From Chiloscyllium plagiosum (lineage: Eukaryota), in the NCBI RefSeq assembly GCF_004010195.1, contig NC_057718.1, positions 63,078,225-63,142,224 of the forward strand: a DNA stretch of 64,000 nucleotides. The letters run 5' to 3'. A program made the translations under genes and the position numbers. This document shows positions 56,101 to 63,890 of the stretch, one piece after another. Numbering within the stretch: the stretch's first letter is position 1; the number at the start of each line of letters is the position of its first letter. The notes beneath the pieces were generated by a model. It was not told the DNA's origin. It was given only the letters and a program-made list of their open reading frames with translations, and searched no databases.

Positions 56101-59100
56101 TCTCCACATCATGGCAACGATCTACAAGGCACTGGTTAGGAGTGTGATGAAATATTCTCCACCTGTCTAATTTCGTGCAGCTCCAACAACAGTCAAGTTT
56201 GACACTATTCCCAATAGAACAATCTCCTGCTCCGTCACCTTCAAAATTTTATTCCCTTCATCAGCAATGCACGAAGACAGTGTGTACTATCTACAAGACA
56301 CACTGCAATAATTCATAGAGGGTTTTTTTTTCTCACAGCACCTCCCAAACACTCAACCTCTACTACCTAGAAGGATAAGGGCGACAGATGCATGGGAACA
56401 CCGTCTTGACTTGGAAATATACTCCTATTCCTTCAGTGTGGCTGGGTAAATATCCTGAACCCCTTCCCAACAGCACTGCGGGTGTGTTACACCCCAAAGA
56501 CTACAACTCTTCAAAGTGACAGCTCACAGCTATCTTTTTCAGGGTAAAAAAACGACAAGCAGTAATTGCAAACCTATTCAATGGCACTCATAGACCCTGA
56601 CCATATACAGAGAAACCTCAAATATCCAAATTTCAGATTATCCAGCAAGATGGCAAGGTCCTGATGCTTTGCAAAACTATGCTATCCAGCATTCGATTAA
56701 CCGAATGAAATATTGCCCGCCTGTGTCCTTCGGATAGTCAAGGCTCCTCTGTAAAAAGGATATTGATAACTTGAATGAAGGGAATGAGTATACAGTAGCC
56801 ACGTTTGCTGATGACAAATATCAGTAGGAAAGCAAGTTGTGAAGGGGACATAATCTGCACAGGATAGGCTGTGGACAAAAATTTGGTGGATGAAGTATGA
56901 CAAAACACACTGCCCACTTTGACAATGGAAAGGTTGAATATTACTTAAGGGAGACAGAAGAAATCTGTGGTGCAGAGATTTTGAATCTCAAAAAGCTAGA
57001 ATGCAAGCACAGGCAAGTAATGGTAAGATCACAAGAAGATTATCAATTATCACAATATAAGACAAGATGGTGCTACAGTTATACACAAGGTCCAAATGAC
57101 AGCAACTCATAATACTACATGGTTTTCTTCCCTCTGCTCAAGGGAGGTACATAATTGCATTCAAAGCATTTCAGTGAAGCTTCATTCACTTAATTTCTAG
57201 GGTGAACCACTTGCCTTATAAAGGAAATGTTCAGCAGGTTAGGTCTATGCACACTGCTATTTAGAAGATGGCTTTACTGAAGCATGTCAGATTCTGAGGG
57301 GACTTAGAGTCGATGCCAGAATGATGTTTCTCCACATGGGGCAGTCTGGAACAAGGGCTCATAGTTCAAAAGATATAGATCTCCAATTAAGAAGAAATGG
57401 AGAGGGACTTTTCTTTGAGGGTCACTAATACTTTGGAATCTTCAGAAAGCAATGGCATTTGGGTGAATACATTAAAGACTCACTTAAGGTAGATTTTTGA
57501 TCGACAAAGGAGTCAGAGCTTTTGGGCTATGCAAGAAAGTGACAGCAAAACCATTATCAGAACAGCCATGATGTTACTGAATAAACTGTCCCCATGACTT
57601 GTCCTACCTGCCTATCTTCTTTTCCACCTTTCCACTCCACCCTCCCCCCGCCCTATCACCTTCATTCCCTCCCCCACTCACCTATTGTACTCTATGCTAC
57701 TTTCTCCCCACCCCCACCTCTAACTTATCTCTCCACCCTTCAGGCTCTCTGCCTGTATTCCTGATGAAGGGCCTTTGCCCGAAACGTCGATTTTACTGCT
57801 CCTCGGATGCTGCCTGAACTGCTGTGCTCTTCCAGCACCACTAATCGAGAATCTGGTTTCCAGCATCTGCAGTCAGTCATTGTTTTTACCTACTGAATGG
57901 AAGGTTACTCCTACTTATGTTTAAGTTGATAAACATCTACAGACATGCAAACATGTTGGAGTGCTATTGTAACCATCAACTTGCTTAGTTTTAGCCATGT
58001 TTATAAATACCCCAGATGGTGGAATGGAAAACCTTACCAAGAGTTTCTCTCATATTTTTATACAAGTTGATAGAGTCTGTATCCTTCATGAACTCTCGTA
58101 CAACCTCGCCTTGGTCATTTTCCACCACAAGTACTTCTTCTGGTTTGGCCATGCGACTGACCATTAGAAGGCGCACCTTTGAGGAATATTTTATAGTTAT
58201 ATATCATCAGTCTCACATACAGCAAATGAAGCAACCATGCTAGAATATCATGATTTGGAGGTGTCTGTGTTGGACTGGGGTGTACAAAAGTTAAAAATCA
58301 TGCAACACCAGGTTATAGTCCAACAAATTTATTTGGAAGCACTGCTCCTTCATCAGGTGGTTGTGGAGTATCACAATCTTCACAACCATCTGATGAAGGA
58401 GTATTGTTCCAAAAGCTAGTGCTTCCAAATAAAACGTTGGCCTATAACCTGGTGTTGCGTGATTTTTAATCATGAATATCAAGTCACATTGAATGATTCA
58501 CATTCAAGTGTGACATTTAATTTGCAAACAGCAAATCCAATAAACTGGCACTTAATTTCAAAGAACTTCAAAGACTGTTTCTAATGAAAGTGAACTAAAA
58601 TGTTGCTCCAATAAGCACTTACATACATTAAGTTAGAAAACATTTTGATCTGAACATTAAAGCAAAGGAATGATAGAAATTTTATTCACAAAGGACAAAG
58701 AATCTAAATGGTGCGATTCCCTCCACAATAGTACATCTCAGAAGAACAATGCAATGAGTATGTCCAGTGATTAAATTTTACTGAAGCAATAGGATAGATT
58801 TCTATTAACTCACTGAATGCTTACCTTCGATAACACTGGCAAATAAAGTTGTCTTCTTGGAGGAACATCAAAATGTTGACTTCCAGAAAGCACAGGCGAT
58901 GCAGGTGTTGAAAATGGACTTTCCCTATAGAGTTCAGAAGCCAAATGGTTCCAATACTCGAGGCAAATTTTGAATATCTCCGTTTCCTCCACTTCTGACA
59001 CAAGCAGCATATAGTGAAGAGCCTACAGAATATTCAAAAGATTTAAACTGAATTATTCTTTCCTCAGTTATGCACAATAATTTATGACAGCATTATAAAG

Positions 59101-62100
59101 GAAGATTTACTAAAACTCTTACCTCCATAAGTGTTTCTCTCAAATTCAATCGTTTTTCAATAAGTTGCCCATGTTCTTTCAGAAATGTACAAAGAAATAG
59201 GCTCAAATTCTGGATGAAATTCTGTTCATCATCTTTTCCATTAGCATAAGCCACTCTAATATTGGTGTTCAAAGGAAGCATCTAATAGTAAGTTAAGAGA
59301 AAACAAAAGTATTACTCCCACACTGAATTGCCTACAGCCACAGTTCAACTGTTACAAACAAGCTCTTATCTGATCAAATCTAATGGCTATTATTCTTTTA
59401 TAGATAGGAGATAATTTGCAAAATTCTGCAGAAGAAGAACTTAAAGTTAGATGTTTTTTAAACTGTCATCTTGAATAATATATTTAAATCTCAATGAAGA
59501 TTGCAAGGGTGTGGGAAATGAGTACACAGAGAAAACAAAATAAAAAGCTGTTACAAAATGACAATTAAGTTTGTTTTCAAATTCACTTAGCAGGATTAGA
59601 ATTACTGACTACTGTTGTAATACAATTCTCAACTATGCCTTTTGACACACTCCAATTATTTACCAATGTCTGCATATTAACAAATCAGTGCTTACACGAC
59701 TAAGCTGCACTAAGTTTTGGATTTACTGCATAACATTATTAGTCATAGAGATGTACAGCACAGAAACAGACCCTTCAGTCCAACTCACCCATGCCGAGCA
59801 GATATCCTAACCTAACCTAGTCCCATTTGCCAGGACTTGGCCCATGTCCCTCCAAACCCTTCCTATTCACATATTCATCCAGATGCCTTTTAAATGCTGT
59901 AATTGTACCAGCCTCCACCACTTCCTCTGGCAACTCATTCCATACACGCACAACCCTCCGTGTAAAAGTTGTCCCTTTTAAATCTTTCCCCTCTCACCAT
60001 AAAGCTGTGCCCTCCAGTTCTGGATTCCCCACCCCAGGGAAAAGACCTTGTCTGTTTACTCTATCCACGCCCATCATGATTTTATAAACCTCTATAAGGT
60101 CACCCCTCAGCCTTTGACGCTCCAGGGAAAACAGTACCAGCCTATTCAGCCTCTACCTACAGCTCAAATCCTCCAACCCTGGTAACATCTTGTAAATCTT
60201 TTCTGAACCCTTTCAAGTTTCACAGCATCCTTCCAATAAGGAGACCAGAACTGCACACAATATTCCAACAGCGGTCTAACCAATGTCTTGTACATCCGCA
60301 ACATGACCTCCCCACTCCTATACTCAATGCTCTGACCAATAAAGGCAAGCATACCAAACGCCTTCTTCACTATCCTATCTACCTGCGACTCCACTTTCAA
60401 GGAACTATGAACCTGCACTCCAAGGTCTCTGTTTAGTAACACTCCCCAGGACCTTACCATTAAGTGTACAAGTCCTGCTCTGATTTGCTTTCCCAAAATG
60501 CAGCACCTCACATTTATTAAATTAAACTCCACCTGCCACTCTTCAGCCTATTGGCCCATCTGATCAAGATCGTGCTGGACTCTGAGGCAATCTTCTTTGC
60601 TGTCCACTACACCTCGAACTTTGGTGCCATCTGCAAACTTGTTAACTACACTTCCTATGTTCACATTTAAATCATTTTCTATAAAATGACAAAAAGCAGT
60701 GGACCCAACACCAATCCTTGTGACACACCACTGGTCATATGTCCCCAGTCTGAAAAGCAACCACCCAGTCTTCTACTTTTGAACCAGTTCTGTAATCAAA
60801 TGACTATTCTCCCTGTATTCCACGAGATGTAACCTTGCTAACCAGTCTCCCATGAGGAACCTTGTTGAATGCCTACTGAAGTCCCATAGACATCACGTCC
60901 ACTGCTCTGCCCTCAACCCTCTTTGTGACTTCTTCAAAAAACTCAATCAAATTCATGAGACATGATTTCCCATGCATAAAGCCATGCTGCATATCTCTGA
61001 TCAGTCCATGCCTTTTCAAATACATGTAAATCCTCAGGATTCCCCACCAACAACTCGCCCACCACCGACAGCAGACTCACCAGTCTATGGCTCCCTGGCT
61101 TTTCCTTACCACCTTTCTTAAATAGTGACACCATGTTAGCCAAACCAGAATCTTTCAGCACCTCACCTGTGACTATCGATGGTACAAGGAGTATACTTAA
61201 GAGGGAAATTGGTAGGGCAACAAGGGGACATGAGACAGTTTTAGCTAAAAAGGGTTAAGGAGAATCCAAAGGGATTTTATAAATACATTAAAGGACAAAA
61301 GGGTAATTAGGGATAGAATAGAACCCTTCAAAGATCAGCAAGGCAGCCTGTGTGTGGAGCCCCGGGGAGATATTAAATAAGTATTTTGCATCAGTGTTTA
61401 CTGTGGAGAAGGACATGGAAGATATAGAATATGGGGAAATAGATGGTATTCTTTCAATTCGTGTGATCAAATGTTACTGAACTTTCCACCCCAGCTTCAG
61501 GAACCCAAGTAGCAAAATAGACCATTCCACACACAGCCACATCTTTGTCACCAAAAACATTAATGTTACCCTGCTTAAGCACATAATTGAAAAGTTCTTT
61601 CCATTTCAAAATCATTAGTGTGGCTTTGACAGGCCTGAGCTCCCACCATATACTTCCACAAAATACAATTAATTACATAAGCCTGAAACATTAAAAGTAT
61701 TCCCATGCAATTTCTTGTATTTACTAATGACATTCCTGAACCATTTTCTTACTGAAGTAGATATATTTGCTTAGGTGAGTCCAGGAGCCTCATACAGGAG
61801 ATGTTACACCTATTTTATATTTTCAAACTTGTTTAGAATAATATGCCCCTCAATCCTGATCTGCCATTTAATACCATTAGAGCTTCTTTTCTGCCAAAAT
61901 CCACTTCTATATTCATTTGTTTTAATGATAATCACCATGGTCACTGTTGGGCTAGCGGTTTATTCCAGATTTTTAATGAGTTCAAATTTCACCATTCCCC
62001 AAGGTGGAATTTGAATCCGTATCCCAGGGCATTAACATGGATTACCAGCCCAATTACATTTCTACTATGTCACTGCATCCCTTTGGTTTAAAAATGTTCC

Positions 62101-62788
62101 TGTGAAGCCACTAGGTCACATCCAGTATTTTAAAGAGGCACGACATAGTTGACCAACTATCTTTTGAGAAGCTTACACATTCCACTTCCATCCGCTCCCC
62201 TTTATCCGTCTGACTCGATACATTTGCCTTTGTTAAATTATTTTTGTTTTTGATCATACTATGACTTTTTTAAGTGGATTTCTTAATTATAATTTCAGCA
62301 ATTTCTGATGTTTAATTTCAGGCTAACTGGTCTATACTTCCCTGATTTCTCTTGTTTTTTTAAATTAGTAGTGTTTAATATAATTACTTTTAAAACAACT
62401 GGGCCTTTCAGCAACTTTGGGGAATCAGACCAGTGCATATACCAATCACAGAAACTCCCTCTTACAGAATCTTAGGACATGTGTCAACAAGTCCATGTGA
62501 TTTGTCAGATTTTAATGTTCAGATTTCTCTCTCCTATCAGCTCCATGGTTACCTTCGCGATCTGGGTATGAAATTTCTGTCTTCTAAAATAACAAAATAT
62601 AGGTTCAACATGTCTGACATTATTTACCTTGTCTCCTGTTGTGAAAAAAACAGATACACTCACACAATGTGTGTTTATATTCCAGATTAGTTTGCTCTTG
62701 ATACATGCCCACCCAACAAAGCCCATATGACCAGAACAATTTAAAATTTTTTTAAAATGTAAGCCTCTTTTGATATATTATCATACTT

Positions 62789-62835
<47 letters not shown>

Positions 62836-63595
62836 GATTAACATACCTGTTTCAGTTGTATCATTGTTAGTGTAAACAGAGTAACAAACTGCTCTTCATA
62901 CTGGCTGACACTCACTCCAGCAATCTCTGTCAGGCACTTCAGAGTCACATTTCTGAACATAGGCACATTCAGAAACTAAAACACAAAAGCCGTATGTTAT
63001 TTAAATGTTCTTACCTAGACTAGCTTAAAAGAGGTTTCTACAAAACCTGAAAATAAAGAATGCACATACCTTATATATCAGTGTACTGATCAATTTTGTT
63101 TCAAAGATATATCCAAGTGGAATCCAGTTCAAGAATCTCAACAATGTTTCCAAGGTAGCTTGAACAAGTGGAGCATTTTGAGAGTTTTCCTACAATGGAA
63201 AATAGTTTGTTGAAATCTACCTAAATTAGCAAAACTGCCAGATTTAAAAATTAAATGACTTATTTACCATGACAAACTGGCACAGCTGGAATATCTGAGA
63301 GAATTCATTGCACATGCTGCAAAGAAAGAACAAGTTATATTTATGTATGAGAATAAGTTAAGAATATTGTTGGACCAAAGTTGACTTAAATGAAGTACAA
63401 GTCCAGATTATACCTGTCCTTCAAATGCTTTGCTTTAACCTGGGTCATCTGTCCACTGGAGAAATCAAACACTTCCTCACTCAGCAATTTAAGAATAATC
63501 ATGTTGTTCTGGCACAAGCTCTCACTGGTTCTACTTGCACCAACAATGTCACTGATGAATGTGGGCCAATGTTTTGGCCACTCCTGCTTCAGTAT
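10968..63595 (-). CDS. XPO1: Exportin-1 (CRM1) gene, 3' 19 coding exons (5' part outside window)
   Basis: Exon translations are recognisable XPO1 ([39 protein letters not shown]). All 18 introns are GT-AG with consistent phases. Exons sum to 2808 nt with no stop before TGA at 10968-10970. Confidence 0.98.
12818..14640 (-). mobile_element. CR1 LINE ORF2 remnant with internal deletions and a small inverted insert (~14186-14281)
   Basis: ORF track gives [17 protein letters not shown] and [14 protein letters not shown]; endonuclease N-terminal sequence at 14420-14580. Confidence 0.9.
14822..14918 (-). CDS. XPO1: XPO1 exon 18/19 (97 nt)
   Basis: aacag|[32 protein letters not shown]|gtaaag. Confidence 0.96.
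15003..15162 (-). CDS. XPO1: XPO1 exon 17/19 (160 nt)
   Basis: tgtag|(G)[52 protein letters not shown](E)|gtatgt. Confidence 0.96.
15660..15975 (+). mobile_element. Decayed tRNA-derived SINE sharing head and tail with the 46083 LINE
   Basis: aaaatccatctggttcactaacgtcctttag matches 46250-46280; gccagcaatacccacatt matches the 49095-49115 tail. Confidence 0.65.
16480..16680. mobile_element. MITE-like element (Tigger/pogo-type TIRs)
   Basis: ttctgttataacgc at the left end is inverted to gcgttatagcagaa at the right end. Confidence 0.6.
17419..17553 (-). CDS. XPO1: XPO1 exon 16/19 (135 nt)
   Basis: aatag|(G)[44 protein letters not shown]|gtgagc. Confidence 0.96.
17644..17812 (-). CDS. XPO1: XPO1 exon 15/19 (169 nt)
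   Basis: ttcag|[56 protein letters not shown]|gtttgt. Confidence 0.96.
18510..18542 (-). mobile_element. 33-bp Penelope-like terminus with 12-bp TSD
   Basis: GGAGAAAGTGAGGTCTGCAGATGCTGGAGATCA flanked by TAATATGCAATA at 18498-18509 and 18543-18554. Confidence 0.85.
19322..21190 (-). mobile_element. CR1 LINE remnant with ORF1 SGNH-esterase region joined to RT by an internal deletion
   Basis: ORF 20818-21048 [22 protein letters not shown]...HIGTHNI (CR1 ORF1 esterase); ORF 20006-20302 YINDLD...KFADD (RT). Confidence 0.88.
19577..19932. mobile_element. Tigger/pogo-type MITE nested in CR1
   Basis: TIRs CAGTAGCACCTCAACATACGAAC and rc CAGTAGTGCCTCGACTTACGAAC, preceded by TA; CR1 sequence resumes on both sides. 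Confidence 0.8.
22980..23500 (-). mobile_element. Old CR1 3' fragment
   Basis: ORF 23161-23373 [16 protein letters not shown]...PFKTELR. Confidence 0.7.
23960..24530 (+). mobile_element. Old CR1 3' fragment
   Basis: ttgtacaaaaccttggtcaggccatagct...ttctggtcacaacactataggaaggatg...atgcattgcctgga. Confidence 0.75.
25566..25790. mobile_element. Penelope-like inverted terminal pair (imperfect palindrome, degenerate hammerheads)
   Basis: Same family as 34095-34315; ttgaaaattgtggcactggaaaag is inverted to cttttccagcgccacacttttcaa. Confidence 0.8.
26262..26456 (-). CDS. XPO1: XPO1 exon 14/19 (195 nt)
   Basis: tgtag|[65 protein letters not shown]|gtaagg. Confidence 0.96.
27449..27541 (-). mobile_element. 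93-bp Penelope-like unit with hammerhead core and 15-bp TSD
   Basis: Nearly identical to the left arm of the 34129 palindrome; TSD TCCTCATTATAGCCA at 27434-27448 and 27542-27556. Confidence 0.88.
28468..31258 (-). mobile_element. Comparatively intact 5'-truncated CR1 LINE (APE endonuclease, RT, 3'UTR), frameshifted
   Basis: ORF track gives [73 protein letters not shown] and KFSDDTK. Confidence 0.95.
31390..32315. mobile_element. Possible decayed solo LTR
   Basis: TTTTATGA...TCATAACA near-inverted termini with AATAAA near the right end; no matching TSD. Confidence 0.3.
32710..34020 (-). mobile_element. Old CR1 RT and 3' end
   Basis: ORF 32762-33268 [13 protein letters not shown]...[16 protein letters not shown]. 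Confidence 0.85.
34095..34315. mobile_element. Young Penelope-like insertion forming a perfect 187-bp palindrome
   Basis: Arms 34129-34221 and 34223-34315 are exact reverse complements around a single T. Flanking direct repeat ACTATTTTATTCTT at 34078-34091 and 34313-34326. Confidence 0.9.
34220..34257 (+). ncRNA. Minimal type-I hammerhead ribozyme motif
   Basis: Stem I GATTC/GAATC; core CTGAAGA plus extra A; stem II GGGC-CTGT-GCCC; GAAA; palindromic ACGT stem III; GTC cleavage triplet (C at 34252). Confidence 0.75.
34560..34990 (+). mobile_element. Old CR1 3' fragment
   Basis: gaaatctagaacatgaggc...agagatgaggagaaattacttc...ctcctaattcttatg tail. Confidence 0.7.
35008..35205. mobile_element. 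Penelope-like inverted terminal pair (older)
   Basis: gtgtggcggtagaaaagcgcagc / gctgtgtttttccagcgccacac arms, ending gcatctgcagtcctcactttctc; degenerate ttgaagaggagcttggactcgaaacatc core. Confidence 0.75.
36085..36410. mobile_element. Penelope-like family-2 inverted pair with hammerhead-like motif (36156-36191, minus)
   Basis: Minus strand reads CTGAGGA-A-GGGTC-ACTT-GATCT-GAAACATTAACT. Confidence 0.65.
36703..36809 (-). CDS. XPO1: XPO1 exon 13/19 (107 nt)
   Basis: tgtag|(G)[35 protein letters not shown]|gtaagt. Confidence 0.96.
37073..38340 (-). mobile_element. 5'-truncated CR1 LINE (RT and 3'UTR)
   Basis: catcatagagtaatacagcatgga tail; catccgcaaact (rc FADD); ttgtcaaaggacttactgaaatc (rc DFSKSFDK). 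Confidence 0.9.
38645..38828 (-). CDS. XPO1: XPO1 exon 12/19 (184 nt)
   Basis: tgtag|[61 protein letters not shown]|gttggt. Confidence 0.95.
39130..39356 (+). mobile_element. SINE 3' half sharing body with the 46083 LINE head and tail with its 3' end
   Basis: ttggttcattcatgtccttcagggaaag...ccctctgaaatgg...gccagtgatacccacatccc...aaataaaataaa. Confidence 0.7.
39360..39740 (-). mobile_element. CR1 RT fragment
   Basis: rc [19 protein letters not shown]. Confidence 0.85.
39747..39899 (-). mobile_element. V-SINE / HE1-like SINE 5' part
   Basis: rc GGCACGGTGGC... tRNA head, then V-domain-like gtctgtatgggtttcaccaggtgctccactttcctcccatagtccaaagac. Confidence 0.75.
40177..40350. mobile_element. Tc1/mariner-type MITE, TA-flanked
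   Basis: TA-CAGAGGAAC...GTTCCTCTG-TA with internal ATTATCC subrepeats; related copies at 43706 and 56608. Confidence 0.85.
40561..40695 (-). CDS. XPO1: XPO1 exon 11/19 (135 nt)
   Basis: catag|[45 protein letters not shown]|gtaagt. Confidence 0.96.
40827..40990 (-). CDS. XPO1: XPO1 exon 10/19 (164 nt)
   Basis: tttag|(E)[54 protein letters not shown]|gtaaga. Confidence 0.96.
41480..42030 (+). mobile_element. Penelope-like family-2 fragment followed by CR1 3' end
   Basis: aaaaacagaaattgc...ctcagcatgtctggcagc, then attccagggatggcaggactg...ttcttcaaccagcgagtgg. Confidence 0.7.
42586..42742 (-). CDS. XPO1: XPO1 exon 9/19 (157 nt; NES-binding groove, Cys528 and Glu571 equivalents)
   Basis: cacag|[52 protein letters not shown]|gtaagt. 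Confidence 0.97.
42905..43215 (-). mobile_element. 3' end of tRNA-headed CR1-clade LINE family
   Basis: rc matches 48900-49140 (caaaatcctagaactccct...ggcagcctcatcaccac...gccagtcagtgatgtccatatccc...aataaataaaa). Confidence 0.75.
43472..43663 (+). mobile_element. tRNA-derived SINE (second family) within a Penelope-like inverted pair (43400-44175)
   Basis: A box TAGCTCAGTTGG at 43477-43488; B box GGTTCAAGTCC at 43528-43538; tail gactatggcaactttatg. Confidence 0.7.
43706..43847. mobile_element. MITE copy (40177 family, opposite orientation)
   Basis: TA-caaaacaacctcg...cgaggttgctcta; GATAAT subrepeats. Confidence 0.7.
44180..49300 (+). mobile_element. Old CR1 ORF2 remnant (44180-46080, resuming 49141-49300) split by a nested LINE
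   Basis: [21 protein letters not shown] and ggcttttgataaggtcccaca; the 3' end continues after 49140 as tattttatccaaaagggtg. Confidence 0.8.
46083..49140 (+). mobile_element. Single-ORF CR1-clade LINE (APE endonuclease and RT, decayed) with tRNA-like Pol III 5' head
   Basis: A box TGGCCTAGTGG at 46091-46101; B-box-like GGTATGAATCC at 46150-46160; LLTNIW near 46500; RPPSANESV...[45 protein letters not shown]-rich tail. Confidence 0.85.
50100..50281 (-). CDS. XPO1: XPO1 exon 8/19 (182 nt)
   Basis: tgcag|(V)[60 protein letters not shown]|gtaagt. Confidence 0.96.
51500..53180 (-). mobile_element. Two decayed CR1 copies (51500-52320 and 52413-53180)
   Basis: [40 protein letters not shown]; rc FADDTK. 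Confidence 0.8.
53360..56590 (+). mobile_element. Decayed copy of the 46083 LINE family (53360-53830, 55810-56590) with nested CR1 (53830-55810) and Penelope-like palindrome (55943-56113)
   Basis: gagagtgacagccctt...catcaaggag matches 48020-48080; the nested CR1 RT ends cctatgtcttatggtc; inverted aggtttatttgaaatcaca / tgtgatttcaaataaacct. Confidence 0.75.
56608..56751. mobile_element. MITE copy (40177 family), TA-flanked
   Basis: TA-CAGAGAAACCTC...GGCTCCTCTG-TA; shared core gcaagatggcaaggtcctgatgctt. Confidence 0.8.
56780..57922 (+). mobile_element. Old CR1 RT and 3' end, interrupted near its tail by a Penelope-like insertion
   Basis: tttgctgatgaca (FADD)...atcagaacagccatgatgttactgaat. Confidence 0.7.
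57583..57890 (+). mobile_element. Penelope-like 3' end with hammerhead core and 8-bp TSD
   Basis: TSD TACTGAAT at 57575-57582 and 57891-57898; CTGATGA-A-GGGC-CTTT-GCCC-GAAACGTC at 57761-57788. Confidence 0.85.
58038..58176 (-). CDS. XPO1: XPO1 exon 7/19 (139 nt; HEAT9 acidic loop)
   Basis: caaag|[46 protein letters not shown]|gtaagg. Confidence 0.96.
58251..58473. mobile_element. Penelope-like family-3 inverted pair with CTGATGA cores
   Basis: Arms ttaaaaatcatgcaacaccaggttatag / ctataacctggtgttgcgtgatttttaa; CTGATGAAGGAG at 58390 and on the minus strand near 58355; GAATATCA direct repeat at 58243 and 58474. Confidence 0.7.
58825..59022 (-). CDS. XPO1: XPO1 exon 6/19 (198 nt)
   Basis: tgtag|[38 protein letters not shown]...[11 protein letters not shown]|gtaagc. 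Confidence 0.96.
59123..59281 (-). CDS. XPO1: XPO1 exon 5/19 (159 nt)
   Basis: attag|[53 protein letters not shown]|gtaaga. Confidence 0.96.
59741..61453 (-). mobile_element. CR1 LINE with 5' inversion (minus 59741-61185; plus 61186-61453)
   Basis: Minus part: RT through 3' tail ([25 protein letters not shown]). Plus part: [12 protein letters not shown]...[12 protein letters not shown] linker region. Confidence 0.88.
61920..62082 (-). mobile_element. SINE 5' half with the same tRNA-like head as 46083
   Basis: rc ...ggattcaaattccacc...ggtgaaatttgaactc...aaatctggaa...gaccatg matches 46150-46230. Confidence 0.7.
62792..62829. repeat. (GA)19 microsatellite
   Basis: Direct read; lies 18 nt from the XPO1 donor at 62846. 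Confidence 0.95.
62847..62975 (-). CDS. XPO1: XPO1 exon 4/19 (129 nt)
   Basis: tttag|[43 protein letters not shown]|gtatgt. Confidence 0.96.
63070..63189 (-). CDS. XPO1: XPO1 exon 3/19 (120 nt)
   Basis: tgtag|[40 protein letters not shown]|gtatgt. Confidence 0.96.
63268..63316 (-). CDS. XPO1: XPO1 exon 2/19 (49 nt)
   Basis: tgcag|(S)[16 protein letters not shown]|gtaaat. Confidence 0.95.
63414..63595 (-). CDS. XPO1: XPO1 exon 1/19 in window (182 nt)
   Basis: cacag|[60 protein letters not shown]|gtataa. Confidence 0.96.
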
Positions 63596-63890
63596 CTGTG
63601 TAAATAATGATACCAAATTATGCATTTACTGCAAAATTAAACATCGAAAAGAAGGACAGTTAACATTTTCCTCTGTCAGTTAATACAGCTAGTCAACCTG
63701 AAGACAATAAAAAGATCGACGTTCTATAGGTTATAATTCTGATCAAATTGTCGTCTGTCTACAAGTGCAGAATCCCCATTAACAGGTAGTTTAAAAAAAA
63801 GCTATATAGCTTCGCTATCCCTTGCAATCATTGCCCTCCACTCAAATCTCAGGAGAAGCTAGCTTTAATGTCATTTAAACACTAATCAAT

